From Lingula anatina (lineage: Eukaryota > Animalia > Brachiopoda), in NCBI GenBank assembly GCA_051362555.1, contig CM120641.1, forward strand, positions 11,656,001 through 11,720,000: a DNA stretch of 64,000 nt, given 5' to 3'. The position numbers and the translations under genes were made by a program. The notes under the pieces are model-generated. The model searched no databases, had not been told where the DNA came from, and saw nothing but the letters and a program-made list of their open reading frames with translations. This document shows positions 24,909 through 39,545 of the stretch, one piece after another (within the stretch, counting starts at the first letter, position 1; each line of letters opens with the position of its first letter).

Positions 24909-27900
24909 ATGGCGCTGAAAAAATGGTGGATGGACCACAAACACGACATGAGGCTGGTCATCACAATAGAACCCGCCACGTTTCTCTATATATTGTCTCT
25001 GTACTGTTCCTGGCCCGCAGCCCAGGCTCTTTACATCGAGAAAGTGTGCATGGGCAAATACAAATCAGAAGAAATTTGTAGCAATCTAACGTTTCACGAC
25101 GTGGAGAGAGACTACGTCCAAACCGAGAGCTCACGCTGGTTCTTTTACAGCATTTGCCTAGAAACATTCCCGTCAATGATTGCAGCATCTTTCATGGGAT
25201 CTTGGGGCGATCAAATAAATCGTAAAATACCTATAGTCATCCCGATTATTGGTCTACTGATAATGCACTCTAATTTTCTTTTGAACTCGATATTCATTGA
25301 CTGGCATCCCGCTTTCGTTTTGATAAGCTATTTCTCCTCGGGTATTCTTGGGGGCATTGCGACGTTTTTGCTCTCAGCCTACAGCTACGTGGCCGTCGTG
25401 TCAAAGGGGAACAAAGAGCGCTTGGTTCGAATCAGCGTCACCGAAGGTGTCCTGCAACTGGCCGGAGCAATAGGGTTAGGCATCTCTGGTCTGCTTGTGG
25501 AAAACTTTGGGTTTCCTGCTACCTTCGGAGTCTCCACTTCTTCCGCCGCGGTGGCTCTAATTTACACATTGTTGTGGATAAAGAATCCAATTTCCACAGA
25601 AAGCAAGGAGCAGGAGGCGATGTCAAAACAAGAACGAAATCTCTGTGCAAGATTGTTCGATTGCAACCATTTCATTGACTCCATGAAATGTTTCTTTGTT
25701 AAAAGAGAGGAATATCGCAGACTTATATTATGGCTGTCTCTGATAACTTTAATTCTGACAAATTTAACAATTGGAGGTAAGTGGATGACTTACGGAGAAA
25801 ACCAAGGTCTCATCGTGGACATACCAGAGTACACGTTTTTCTGTCAGAATCATAAGTATAAGTTCAGAACGATAATCTTTAAAAACAATGATCTTTTAAA
25901 AAATTGGTTACAATATATCCCCTGTCTGTTTTCTTCTCGTGGAAATGAATAGGTGGGCGTTTGGAGTGTAAAACATACTTGTTGCTCCATGACTTCTTTT
26001 TTTGTTTCAGCTGCAATGACTCTTACTCTATTATTTCTGCGATATGTGGTCCCAGGCTGGAACTTGACCCTGTACGGTATCTATGCTGCCTTGAAGAACG
26101 TCATGATGATGATAGCCCTGTTCCTTTTCATGCCTGTCGTGAAAAAGCTGGCCCTGGATGACACCACTGTGGCCATCGTGGGCCACGTAAGCGCCATTCT
26201 TGGAGTGGTGTTGCTGGCTTTCAGTCGATTTATCTGGATGGCTATGTTAGGTAGGTGAGCCGTTAAGGAAGGCATGCAAGTATTTTTATTTCAGTTTATT
26301 CATGTAACTTGTGGTATAAATTATTGAAATTAATATTATTTATATTTTTCATTCGAAGCCACGCATTGAAACCTGATGATACAAAATACTGAAAAACTCG
26401 TGTTAAGAAATCTGTCAATATATTTCAGTGCCTTTTGCGAACATGCTGTCGGCGTTTAGCAGCACAGCGCTCAGGGCAGTTGTAGCAAGAATGGTTGGAA
26501 AACACGAACAAGGCGAGTCTCTCTCTTTCTCTTTCTCACTCTGTCTTGAGAGACTTGAGAGCTCACACATCAAGAATCAAAATGAGAGGAGACATTTTTT
26601 TTTTGGCTTCAACTTCCTAAATTCAATTTTTTAAAATAAAATTTGAAATTTGTGAACATTTTTCAGGAGAACATGAAAAAGTGCCTTTTCTTTCCTGAAA
26701 TGTCGGGGCCCAAACCAGCCACTTTATTTTGGAATGTGGTTGAGGAGACTCTGGAGCCCTGGGTCAACATGACCCAGTACATGCGTGAAAGTATAACGGT
26801 TTAACACTTAATGATGATATATTGATATAGCTACTGATACCATTCTTTGATTAATCGGCGATTAATGAACTATGCAGTCCGTTTTTTTTTCACAGGCAAA
26901 GCGTTTGCATTCGTTGGAAGCGCCCAGTCTCTGAGCGTCCTCTTGTCAAGCGTCATCTTTAATAACTTGTATCCAGAGACGCTGCATTTCTTCCCCGGGT
27001 TAAGTTATCTGCTATGTGCAGTACTTCTCCTAGTGGCCATAGTACTAACAATGTAAGTACATTGTATGTTTTAAACTTATATTTTGAAAACCTGGAATGG
27101 TGACTGACTTATTCGTTTTTTTATCCGTTGCTTGATACTAGTAATTTCTTTCTGCTATTATTATTATTATTTTGTTTGTTTGTTTGTTTTATGAATAACA
27201 TTTGCTGGTTGTTTATTATCCTGGACGTGTTAATATTAAGACAATTTATACAATTTTTATGCCTCAGAATCATTCGGTTCCGTATGCCCAAACCAGAAGT
27301 AAACGATACAATGAATAGCACTGCAACGCTAGACAAATCAGGTAACTGATACATGCATGCTTACTTTTTATTTATTGTCGTATATGCTATATGCACGTTT
27401 ATGTTTATCACACCGTTTATCTGTACCAGTATTTGAAAAACTGTTTTTTTTTTAAAGTCGTTGAGTTATATGTATTTCTTTTATCTTTAAAGAAAGGGGA
27501 AATTGTCCAGTTCACACTTCATTTAATTTTCGGTTTGTGTCCTAATAGGCCTATAATAACGGAATAACGGTGAATGAATCTAAAAGCCCCATAAAACGGC
27601 CTTAGCGTACCATATTTATCTTCTAGACACTATTAGTGAACAAAGAGATAAATTCACTATATATATATATATCTACTGACATTTCCCTGGCTAATTATGT
27701 GAATATTTCTGGCCATCTACAACAATGACACAGCATGGACGTCATCACTCAGGGGGCCTCTGGTGGGGCGTCTGGAGAGTACTTATCTACCATTAAAACT
27801 CTGTTTAGTATCTTAATGATTTTTTAATCGTTAAATGTTGTTTTTAGACTTTAAATGTTGTTTTCCTGAACCTACTGTACCTACCACGGTTTTCTATGTC

Positions 27901-27987
27901 ATTTTAATATAAAGGTTAGTCTGTCTTCCAGTTTCAGCTATTGCAATGAATGAAGTCATTACAGATGTGGAACAATACCCAGTCTGA
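24909..27987 (+). CDS. SLC46 family (proton-coupled folate transporter/SLC46A3-like) MFS transporter; exons 24909-25776, 26011-26250, 26429-26512, 26896-27052, then 27268-27349 (stop) or 27268-27341 plus 27932-27987
   Basis: ITIEPATFLY, KVC..C, GSWGDQINRK and EQGKAFAFVGSAQSL...FNNLYPETL motifs with a 12-TM-like pattern. Intron 3 has a GC donor; the terminal exon is ambiguous. Confidence 0.85.
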
Positions 27988-28555
27988 ATGGAAACAAGTT
28001 AACACTGGAAGGAACGGGGTTTTTACCTGTTGAGTCCTAAACGGTTATATACTGGTTACATTACTGGTTATATACATAAATGTTATCGGTCGTAACAATT
28101 AAGTAACTTTATTAATTTTGTTGCAAAATAAACATATGAAAAAAGCAAGTGAAAAAATTAAGTTTGATCAAACTATACTATAGACCTAAATATCAAATTT
28201 ATATAACAAGCAAAAAATACACTTTTGGATTGTCTGAGACTTTTAAATAGTTGTATTCCTTTTTTTCATGAAAATAACATGAAGAGACTAAGAAATAAGA
28301 TGCTTTATGTCTTTTTTCAACATTGATTCTTTCAACACTTTAATCAAAGAAACGGTTCACGTACAGTGTATGGAGTAAAACAAACAAATTAAATAGATAA
28401 TTTAAAATACAAAAATAACCCAACTACCAGTAGAGGGTAGAGAAACAGGATTCATGTTCCTTGCAAGGGAGTGCGATGTTGGAGAAAATCGAACGATAGA
28501 TTTTCAAGGTTTCCTACAAATAATTAAATGAGTGAATAAATATAGAAACCAACAA

Positions 28556-28586
<31 letters not shown>

Positions 28587-29284
28587 ATACAATGTCCAAA
28601 GAAAATTATAAAAGCAAAGACAATTATAAAAGCATAGCTTACAATACATCACTAGATATTAGGCCTATTTCCACTAACGCAAAGGGCGTACGGGCGAATA
28701 ATATTTTTAATAAAAAGAAAGAAAAAATTGCTCCATGTAACAAAGTCCGCCTCGTTTTATTTATTTATCCTTTAATTTCCAATATCGGTATTGAAATCAA
28801 TCAGAACATTGTAAAATACTATAATAGCAAATTAAGACAAAATAATTTAAACAAAAAATAGCGGAAAACCTTAATTTTCATCCTGATTGAAATGTATTCC
28901 TATCCCGCCTTAAAAAATACTCTCTACGAAGAGTGACTAAAAAACTACAAATTAAGAACTCAAACACGTGATTTATGAAAAAAAATTAATATATTGGTAT
29001 ATCGATTCGTGGAGATTAGGCGAAATGTTAAAATTTCCTGAAAAATGTTCACAGCATAACAAAAACTGTAAAGAAATAACATTTTGTGTTTTTTGTGTTT
29101 AACACATTGCATATTTCAGACATTCAATGTATTTCAATCACGTAGCTCGCTTCAATTTGACACAAGAGGAAAATATCGACTTTGATCCTCCTTTGATCAA
29201 ATAATGTATAACTTTACATAATGTTGAAGTTTTACTCCTCGTGGGGCCTTTCTTGTGACCTTGAACTTTCACACATGTTTCAAA

Positions 29285-32200
29285 ATGGCGGAGCCCAGCA
29301 GCGGAGATGGAAACGGAGATAAAAGTGCAAATTGTGATGAAGTGAATGGGATTAGCGCTAAAGTTGTATCAGAAGAGGACGCAAGACGTGCAGAGGAATT
29401 AAAGGAAAAAGCAAATGAGTTCTTTAAAAGTAGGTAGCACTTAGAAAGTCTCTGCTGGGAAGCTGAGTCTCTCTGTCACTCAGTAGGCACTCACTCACCC
29501 CTGTCACTGACTTGGATCTGCTTTTTTGATGAATTTGAAACTATGAATCTATATAGGATGTCACAGAACTGATTTATTCAATTGCAGTGTACAAATGTTT
29601 GAAATCTTATTTCAAGTCTAAATTCTCTTATGGATGGCACCCCGTATTGTTACTGTATCTTTTGAACTTAGTTTAAAATTATTTTAAACCTTAGAAAAAT
29701 GCCATCCATCAATCAAACTTTCATCAGTGACTCTTGAAAATAGACTGAAGGAAAGAAATTAACAAATTGTTATGTCTCTGTTGGGGTAACATGTGTGAAT
29801 GAATTAATTTATGCACAATTTTGTACAAAAGCACTGTATGAATAAAGTTTTTTATTTAGGTCAGAAAAGTAGAAAGTTTTAAAAGTACCCATTGTAGATT
29901 TTCCTGTGAAAAAAGCATAACTAATAAATTTCCTGGGTAAACAGTATCCTTCCACCACCCCCTCTTCTCCCGACTAACCAATCTCTGTTTTCTTCCCTGA
30001 CACTTGCCATAACTCTGAAACAATCTGGGAAATTTTTAAAGTCCTGTCAGATGTGGCCATCACTTTAAGCAGATTGGGCACAATTCAAAACTGCTACATT
30101 AATTCATGACAGTTATCTGTTAGAGATTATCAAAAAGTACAACTTGCCCTGAGATAAGTTTAACAAGAAGTGTTATTTTGTATTTGTAAATTAAAAAATG
30201 TTTTTAAAAAGTCTTACATTTTGCCCTTTTAATTTCAAAGATGAAAATAGCTTATTTAACTAGAACATTGTTCAAAGGCCTGTTTTATTATTTATTTTTC
30301 AGAAAAAGATTATGGCCAGTCCATAACATACTACACAGAAGCTATAGAATTGAATCCCTATGTCACTGCTTACTGGGGCAACAGAAGCTTTGCCTACATA
30401 AAAACAGAGTGTTATGGCTATGCCCTAAATGATGCCAGCAAGGCCCTTGAATTGGACAAAACTTACATTAAGGTGAATAGGCCAATGCAAATAATAGGCC
30501 AGTATTAGGTCATTATATATCTCATGAAAATAGATGACCATTATTTTAGCTTCTGGTTCTAGAAATGCATTGAAAGAGGAAATTATTTTCACAAAATGAG
30601 TTTGTGACAGTGCAGACAAACATTTTGCTAACTTTTAAGAATGTAAAGCTCATAATATTTTAGTTAGTTTGAATTGCATATTCAGGTAATACCTGTATTT
30701 AATTTGGTTTTCTCAATCACCAGTTATTTGAGCAAGGACAGTTGATTTACATTTCGTATTGATAATTGTGTACATAACTACCAGGTGGAAGTTATCAACA
30801 AAATTGTTAATGAGGTATGAATTAGATGAGTTAAACACAAAAATGTTTATACAAATGTATTTCCACAAGACCAGGAGTCAGTATTGTACATAGTGGAATC
30901 CATTTCATCAACTGAGAAATTGAATGTGTTACATTTAACTGAAGATTTACACTTTTTGATGTTCATATCAGGCCTACTACAGGAGGGCATCTGCCAACAT
31001 GGCTCTTGGAAAGTTCAAACTGGCTTTGAAGGATTTTGAAGCAGTGAGTGGTCTTTGTTGATACTCTTCACAATCACTATATGATTGAATAAATCTCAAG
31101 ATTATTGCATGTTATTTTATGAGGATGGTGTAAATTAAGTTTTGTTTACAGTTTTAAACCTTATTTTATACTGTTACACATACTAAAATTTGAAAATCAG
31201 TATATAAAGTTCCTCTCATATCTTAATGTTATATTAAAATAATGTTAAACAATTACTTAGAAAAAAACATTGCATAAATCCTTATTTTTCTTTTATTTTT
31301 CAACTTTTCAGGTGACAAAGGCCAGGCCAAGTGATAAAGATGCTCAAAGAAACTATCACGAATGCAATAAAATTGTGAAGAGACAGGCCTTTATGAAAGC
31401 CATCAGTGTGGATGACCATAAGAAACCTGTGGCTGTGACAATTGAGGAGGAATTGGCCAATATGGGTAATTGGAAGATGCATACAATAATTACCTTTTTT
31501 ATAAAATAGATGAAGCTAGTTTGCATGATTTTTTTATGTGAAAAGTAAACAATTATCATATTTAGAGGTTATGATTTGCAGCCATGTTGTTGAATTTCCC
31601 ATCTTTACAAAAAGAGTTCTTTCAATTATGTTGCACTTGAATATCTAGCAGTTTTGCAAATTCTATAAAGAATTAATGACAGCAAACTTTGATATGTTTG
31701 TTAAAATGCTATTTGGAATTTAGTAATTGAGGATGACTACCAGGGACCTTGTATAGGAGAAGAGGGGATCACATTACAGTTCATGAAAGATCTGATAGAA
31801 ACTTTTAAACAACAGAAAAAATTACATAGGAAATATGCTTATCAGGTATGGAATTAAACCTCCCAGTCATTGAATTTTACTTCACTTTTTTGTGTAAATT
31901 CTTTGTCACTTACCATTTTGTTGACATTATTTTATTGTTTGTGTGCAATGTAATAAAATATTTGATGTTGTAAACTTTGGACTGCATAAAAAATCTTTTT
32001 GTTTTAAGTAAACACTAAGCTACAGTAATTTTGCAGTTAAGAATGCTTTTAAAATTTCTTCCAGATACTAGTTGAGGTTAAGAAAATATTTATGTCTCAG
32101 GCGTCATTGGTGGATATAACAGTGCCAAAGGTATGACCATACAGGATGGGAGCTGTACAACATATGTTTATCATAATTTTATAATCCGAATAAATATTCA

Positions 32201-34543
32201 GAATTTAGCTGTGATTGATCATTTTTACAAATGATATTTTCATAACTCATTTTGAATTTTATTCCATTTTTTTTATTTATTTAAATGTTCAATCCTTACT
32301 AATTGTGTTCATGATTTTTTTTCTTGTAAATTCAGGGGAAGAAGTTCACAATATGTGGTGATGTCCATGGCCAGTTTTACGACCTGCTGAATATATTTGA
32401 ACTGAATGGGCTCCCCTCAGAAGAGAACCCTTACGTATCTTTTGATGTTTTTTTTTTTTTTTCAAATAATAACATAGTTGATTGCCATAATAATTACAAA
32501 AACTAAAGTAATTTTTATTTATTCAAATGAAAATTCACATTATTTAATGACTAACCAGTGATGAGCTAGCTTCAAACTAATGCTTGTAACAAGACTTGCG
32601 TATCAGGTGTATGAAATTGTTAAAAAATAGATTATGACATAACAGTGTTTATAAAAATGAAATTATATATTTTAAAGAAACCCCTGTATTGATGTATTAT
32701 AAACCTTGACTGTTGCTCAGCTGTTTAATGGAGATTTTGTTGACAGAGGCTCCTTTTCTGTGGAGTGTATACTTACATTATGGGGATTTAAACTTTTATA
32801 TCCCAGTCATTTTTATATGTCAAGAGGTAAGTTTTATTTTCTGTATTTAAAAGGAATGCTTCATTTTCTTAATTTTTTTGCTTGAAATGTGCATGTATTT
32901 TACAATTGTTGCTTTTAAGAATATTATTCTAATACCATAACATAATTATGTTTACCAGGAAATCATGAGAGTGAGACAATGAACCAAATGTATGGTTTTG
33001 ATGGAGAAGTGAAAGCAAAGTATACTAATCAAATGGCAGAACTTTTCACAGAAGTTTTCAACTGGCTACCTCTATCCCACCTGATAAATGAAAAGATTTT
33101 AGTAAGTTGCACACCCTGTAATACTTAACAAACATTCCATTGTCCTACAATACAGATAGAAATGTAGGGTTTGTTAGTTTTCATAAATTTCATAAAAGAC
33201 GAGTTAACATGAATCAAATGGTAGCATGGCAACCTATGTAAAAACAGTTTCATCTTGAGGCAAGCCTATCTCAGAAGGACATATGTAAACTACACATCAG
33301 TAAGTTTTAGCACTTTTATCTTGTCCATAACATTTTGATATTCTGATTAAAACGTGATTAAGTGACTTAATCTAACTGTTAAGGCAATGCATGGAGGATT
33401 ATTCAGCGAAGACAATGTGACATTGGATGACATCAGGAAAACAGACAGAAACAGACAACCTCCAGATTCAGGTAACAAAACTGACCTTCATTAAAAGCAT
33501 AGCTAGTGGAATTTGAGATACAGAGTCAAATTAATTAGACAATTTTTTCAGGGGTAGTTTGCGGCAGTTTTTAAGATCTTCCCAGCTGGCACCTTGTGGA
33601 CTATTAACCAGCAAACTGAGTATATTTATATGTCAAGATGCAGTTGACTATTTTTAATGGAGTGAGAGATTTCTAAGCAGTGGGGAAACACCTTGATATC
33701 CTTAATGTGTTCCAGGTATTATGTGTGACCTGCTTTGGTCTGATCCACAGCCCCAGCCAGGTAGGTCAGCCAGCAAGAGAGGGGTCGGCTGTCAGTTTGG
33801 TCCAGACGTCACAAAAAAATTCCTTGAGAACAATAACCTTGAATATATTGTCAGAAGCCATGAGGTGAAAAATGAAGGTTATGAAGTCGCACATGATGGG
33901 AAGTGCATCACCGTTTTCTCAGCACCTAATTACTGGTACGTTGGTTGGAAGGTGGGAAATTATTAGTTACTTAGGGTGGTGTGTGCCTGTAATGTAAGGT
34001 ATTAAGGTGATACAAGCTACTAAGTTGTGGGATTAAGGCAATAAAAATAAAAAAATCATTCACATAGTATTCAGCTTTATTCATGTAACCAGTCGTGATT
34101 TTATAGCCATGCAAATAAATTTACAATTCAAAACTGACATCGATGTTTCAGTGATACCATGGGTAACAAGGGGGCATTTATAGTTATACGAGGAGATGAT
34201 CTTACTCCACAGTTTACATCCTATGAGGCTGTGGTAAGTGAAGTGTGCCAGCTTTTACTGCATTATTGTTATCACTTTATTACTTGTGAATAGATACTTA
34301 TTTTAGGATAAAGAATATTTGTCTGAAAGAAGTTACACAAATAAAACCATATATCAGTTTAGATAGGGAGAGATCATTCAAGTTAAAACTGTCAGTTGAA
34401 TCAATTAAATATTGTTGCTATTCTGCAATGGTTTTTGCACCATAAATACATTATTTACTAGACTAGCTTTTCTTTTTCTTTTGCAGCCACATCCAAACGT
34501 CAAGCCCATGGCATATGCAAATTCACTGCTGAGCATGTTTTAG
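29285..34543 (+). CDS. PPP5C: Serine/threonine protein phosphatase 5; exons 29285-29429, 30303-30472, 30972-31043, 31312-31465, 31724-31845, 32065-32130, 32336-32434, 32721-32826, 32959-33101, 33384-33471, 33716-33935, 34152-34233, 34487-34543
   Basis: N-terminal TPRs ([40 protein letters not shown]), PPP motifs GDVHGQ, GDFVDRG, RGNHE, SAPNYC, and C-terminal [12 protein letters not shown]. Confidence 0.97.
32435..32720 (+). other. U12-type (minor spliceosome) GT-AG intron in PPP5C
   Basis: 5' site GTATCTTT, branch point CCTTGAC about 10 nt before the AG, no long polypyrimidine tract. Confidence 0.75.
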
Positions 34544-36453
34544 ATCAACATTTCAACATCAACAGAACTGAATAGGATTTTCCTTCCATTTTCATAACAC
34601 TTCATCTGATCTTCCATTATATATATCTCATTGAATGGATTCACAGAAAATAACGTCCCATTGGCAGTTACCAAGATTGCATAAGAAAAACAGCTGAAAC
34701 AGCTGATATACTATGTTTCCAGCCATTTAATACTTTTAATTTACAGTTAAGATTACCTAGCTCTCTTGAAACAATTGTGTGAAGTTCCTGAAAATTCAGA
34801 AGTAAAAGTAATTGTGTAAATTGTATTTCTGATGGTATCCCACAGATGGAAACATGACCAAGTAGATAATTACAAACAGACCTTGAGAATCATCAGATTA
34901 TATTAGAATTGTCAGCAAAATAAGTCGATGTAATCGCAAAATTATTGTAAACGCAATTTTTTTTATATATTTATTTATTTATTCATTTATCTTTTTTTTT
35001 TTTTTTGGGGGGGGGGGGGGGTCCCTTAGATCCAAGCACAGTTTGTCTACCTTATTATCTCATCGTTGGTCAGTTTCCTTTTTTCATGAAAGAAGATGGA
35101 GAAATCCTCTATGATTAATTACGGTGTTACCATGGTAATAAAATAGTGATACAAGTTATTGAAAAAATCTATTGATCTCAGGCCATCGTTGACTTATGGG
35201 TATTAAAGTGTACACTAATTAAGATTGTAAACAATACAAATCAAACAATGATGCTTCAGGCATATCTGTCTTCAATTTTAAATACCATTTACTATCAAGA
35301 GCCTTAGAGTTGGGAGCACGAATGCCAAAATTGACAATTAGAGGCACAATTTCAGTGCTCGATGTAATATTAGTAGCCACAAGCACAGTGTCAAAAAGGG
35401 CTGGCGATTTGTCCAGCTTTCATCCAGGTCTCTGGCTGTTCACATGTGGCTTCCTTTATTAAACCCAGGACTATTTGCAATACGGCAAAGATACCAAAAA
35501 CAGCATGTAAGCTCTTTTGATGACAGTTTCCACCAACTTGCATATATGTTTTCATGGATTTACTTTACCTTTAGAAAAAATAACAAAGAAAAACAATAAA
35601 AAGCACCAAGCAAATCAAACTTAAGTATTCCTATAATCTACTATCCATACTGTATATTAATACGGTAATGCAGCAATGAGCTCTCAACAATCTCCAGCAT
35701 GTGTATATGGAACAGGTAGGTGACCGTTTTTGGCCAGCTTTCATAGCCTTGTGCTCGTGGCTGCTAATTTTACATTCCTGCTATGAAATCATGGTTCAAA
35801 TCCGAGTTGGCAAATAGCTTATCCATTTACATGAACCATTTGAGGATGTTTTGCATGTTCTTAAGGTAGAACTTTAGTCCCAATAAGAACATACTTCATG
35901 AATATTCTTGTTGGTAGAGGCATCCCTATGGGCAACCTAGGGCTAGTAGTTGATGACAATGGAAATTATTTTTTGCATACTATTGAAATAAAGAAATTAT
36001 TGTGTCATTGAGTGGTTGAGAGTTGTAATACAGTTTGATATAAAGCATCTCATAACATAAAAAATACCTGTATGTATTTTTTATTGAAGGAGGGTTTCTC
36101 ATGCTGCAATACTGCATGACACTGTCTGGTGAGATGCATAGAACAAAAAATCTGAGCGTTGAAGATTACCCTCTCAGAGGTCTTTAACTGTTACGAAATT
36201 GTACAAAAGACCCCTGTTCTCTTTGAGGTGATCAGATGGTCCATGTTTCTCACAGACATACCCTTTGTATTTCCCTTTCATACAATTTTGTAACTGCCAG
36301 CATAGAGAAGAGCTTAGTACGGTAGAGGGTACATAGACTGCTTATAATGGGTGTGATCAGTCTAAGAAAGTCACATAACTTGTCCCACAGAAATTTAGTT
36401 TTCACTACAAAGTTGTGTTGAGTCTGTGTCGAACTTTGTCATGCCACCTATGA

Positions 36454-38607
36454 TTATTCACAACTTAATGCCACCTTGACTGCAGATTTGATATCTTCCT
36501 CTAAGACATCCCTGTTGGATTTTGAGACCTGAGAAGAAAAGGTCAATAAAGAAGTCACAAAGAAAATAAATTACTTCATAAATATTTCAGGCACCTTAAA
36601 GTCATGCTGTTTTCCTTGATATAATTTTCAAAAGTAATCTTATTATTTGACATTCAAATTAACTAAAATTCAGAAGTTGAGCAAACTCAGCTTGACTTGT
36701 AACATGATGTTAGCATATCTCACCTCGAATAATTTGGCATCATGTCTCTTTCTCAGTTCTTCCACTAGGTGAATTGGTTTGCCTTTGGCTATTGGAATTG
36801 TTGCAAAAACTGTGACTTGAGGATTACTAAATAAACTTCTCACCAACTGAATAAATGGCTGACTAAACATTTCCATTTTTCCAATTTCATCAATAACCAT
36901 AACACACTGCCCTGTATCCTGAAACAGAAGCCACTAAATTAAATAAAAAAAATAGTAGTTGACTATTACCACAAGATGAATGTAAGACGTAATATTCATT
37001 ACTTCCTTTCATTGAAAATAATCACAGAAAAAATAACTTTGTGTGCATCACAACAATGCTAGTTTTGTGATTTTCATTAATTGTGAATAAGTTATCCAGT
37101 TTGTTCTGTCTTTAGCACTCTTGTTTTCTATTATTAAGTCTGCTAGTGTTGTTAATGCCGAGTGAAAAAACGCATACTTTACAGTATTGACACAGAATTA
37201 TCATTGGCGGAATTGATGGATGGAGTTCTGGAGTTTTTCAGTACAGTAAGTCTCCCAACTAGAGTCATTTTGAGGAAAACAATAAAATTAGTAAATTATG
37301 AACTCATCTTAAAAATCCGTACTTTGTTAAAAAGAAAAATTCACACATAAGTAAAGATGGTTGCGTACGTGTACCTTTAGCCTGAGAGCAGTGAGTGCTG
37401 TCTGTTCAAATGATGCAATGTCCACCACATACTGACCGACCCTTAGCTCCCTCTTCCCACCAGGCTGGTCAGCCCTGAAAATGTGGGCTCAAACTGTAGA
37501 ACAGATGGAATCTTTCATGACATTTTCAACTCTAATTATAACCATGCCAATTCTATAGGTCAGAGACCTCTGCAAGCATTACTTTTCTTAATAATACTAG
37601 TAGACTTCTTAGTCACAATAACTATCCCGAAAGATGGTTCCAAAGAATAAAATTTCTGTTCCAGTTCTTGTAAACTATGGAAAGCCATTAGTGATGGTGC
37701 ATTAGCAAACTGTCAGGTAGGCTGTTCCATTTTTCAATTACTCTGAAGGATAAAGAAATTATAGTTCTTTTTTTAAACTGGTTTCTTTTACACAGATTAT
37801 GCACTGAAGATCTTGAAAATGCCTATTTAAGTTAAAACAATTTTATAAGGTCTTGTTGTTGATATTTTCATGTACTGTTAATTAAAAATAAAACAGAAAA
37901 CCTTTACTCAGTACATAATATATAGCTAATGGTCTGTAACCTAGATATGGGGAGGAAAAGTAAGTAAAATAATATATGCCATGACTTGACTTACTTTACT
38001 CTAGACAAAGGTGCTCTGATTCCATGTAGAGTGATCACATCAAAACCGATTCTTCTCCCTTCAGCTCTGACTTCTTCTGTGTAAAACCCTTGTAAGGCCA
38101 CACCAGCTGATTGTTTTAGGCTGTCACATACCTTGCGAACAAGAGTAGTCTTCCCTACTCCTGACAAAGAGAAATTAATTTAAAAATTAGATATATAATC
38201 TACATGCAGTTTTCAGTTGCATGTACATAAGTACCAGTACTACTCTGCTGTAGTAGTATATTAGTAAATTTTTCTCACACTGATAATTTTACTTGGATGC
38301 AAGTATCTGCATTTTCTCGTATCAATGCATATTTTTATTTATTTATTTATTTTTATTATTTATTTATTTATTTATTTATTTGCATTTCTGTTACATTATA
38401 CACAATTATTTATAATTTAACGATATTAATATGATTGATATTTAGCTACAAGCATGAGCCTGGCTTTAAGTTCTCTGACATACAAAATACAAAATGAAGC
38501 GTATTTCTGTACTTCTAAAGTGTACATTGTAGATGTAATTATTAGCGCTACGACTTACCTGGTGGTCCTGTGATGAGTATATGTCTTAACTTGGTTGACG
38601 ATGCCAT
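36454..38607 (-). CDS. NTPCR: Cancer-related nucleoside-triphosphatase; exons 38607-38559, 38160-37995, 37474-37375, 36918-36724, 36528-36454
   Basis: Walker A ITGPPGVGKTT, GFYTEEVR..GRRIGFDV, RVGQYVVD, Walker B VIDEIGKME and ATIP. Confidence 0.95.
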
Positions 38608-38772
38608 ATCAGGATTTCTGAGAAAACACCGTGACAAAAATCATCCTAGGACCTGCTTGCATACTAGTACGACGAGTGCAGCGTGCACTTGTTTTCATAG
38701 GTGTAATGGCTCATAGATGGCAGTGGGTGTCAAGATGTGTGTTTCTGTCAAAAGAACTTGAAGGAAAGAGAT

Positions 38773-38952
38773 CAGGGGCGGATTTAGGCCGTCTTCTGGG
38801 TCTTCTGGAAGACGGTCAGATTTTCAAGTTTACATTGACGGCCATGACATGACGGATATCTTTTTTTTTTCTGTTGGAAGACGGTCAAAAATGGAGGTTG
38901 GATCAATAAAGATAATTTGGACTGTCAGAAAATATCTCTGGATCCGCCCCTG
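38773..38952. mobile_element. MITE with CAGGGGCGGAT TIRs and 5-bp TSD GAGAT, upstream of NTPCR
   Basis: gagat|caggggcggattt ... ggatccgcccctg|gagat. Confidence 0.8.
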
Positions 38953-39250
38953 GAGATAGTGAAACATCTCAAGAGATAGTGTAACATTGTTAGTAAATCA
39001 TTCACGCTAAATGCATTCATTGTAATTTCTAATGCCAATTTCAATATTTGAGAATCGACGATGAATCTTGCCTTGGCTTTAGAAGAAGGTCAGGTCAGAA
39101 GATGGAGGAAACGGCATCACAGGCCACGAGAAATACTGAAAATCCAAACGGCAACACAAGCCAGTCGCTTATAGATGGCGCAGCGAGTTCAGGTGCTAGT
39201 AAATATGTCATTTAACAAAAATCTGCAAGGAGAAAGGTTTGTGCTATATA

Positions 39251-39283
<33 letters not shown>

Positions 39284-39505
39284 CTTTGAGATTGCAAACA
39301 ATGAGGCCTATATATTCGTTGTTCACATTTTTTTCTTGTCGGGCGGTAGTTTGTAGGCTATGTGTTTTGGGGTTTGTTTTTTTTTCGAAACGTGAATGGA
39401 AGTGATGTTGTGACTTAAATCAAGTAAATTATTGAAAAAAGTCCCAACGTATCGAACTCTGTTTCATTTCCCTCTAGTGTCAGAGCTCTGTCTTCCCAAA
39501 ATGAC

Positions 39506-39545
<40 letters not shown>

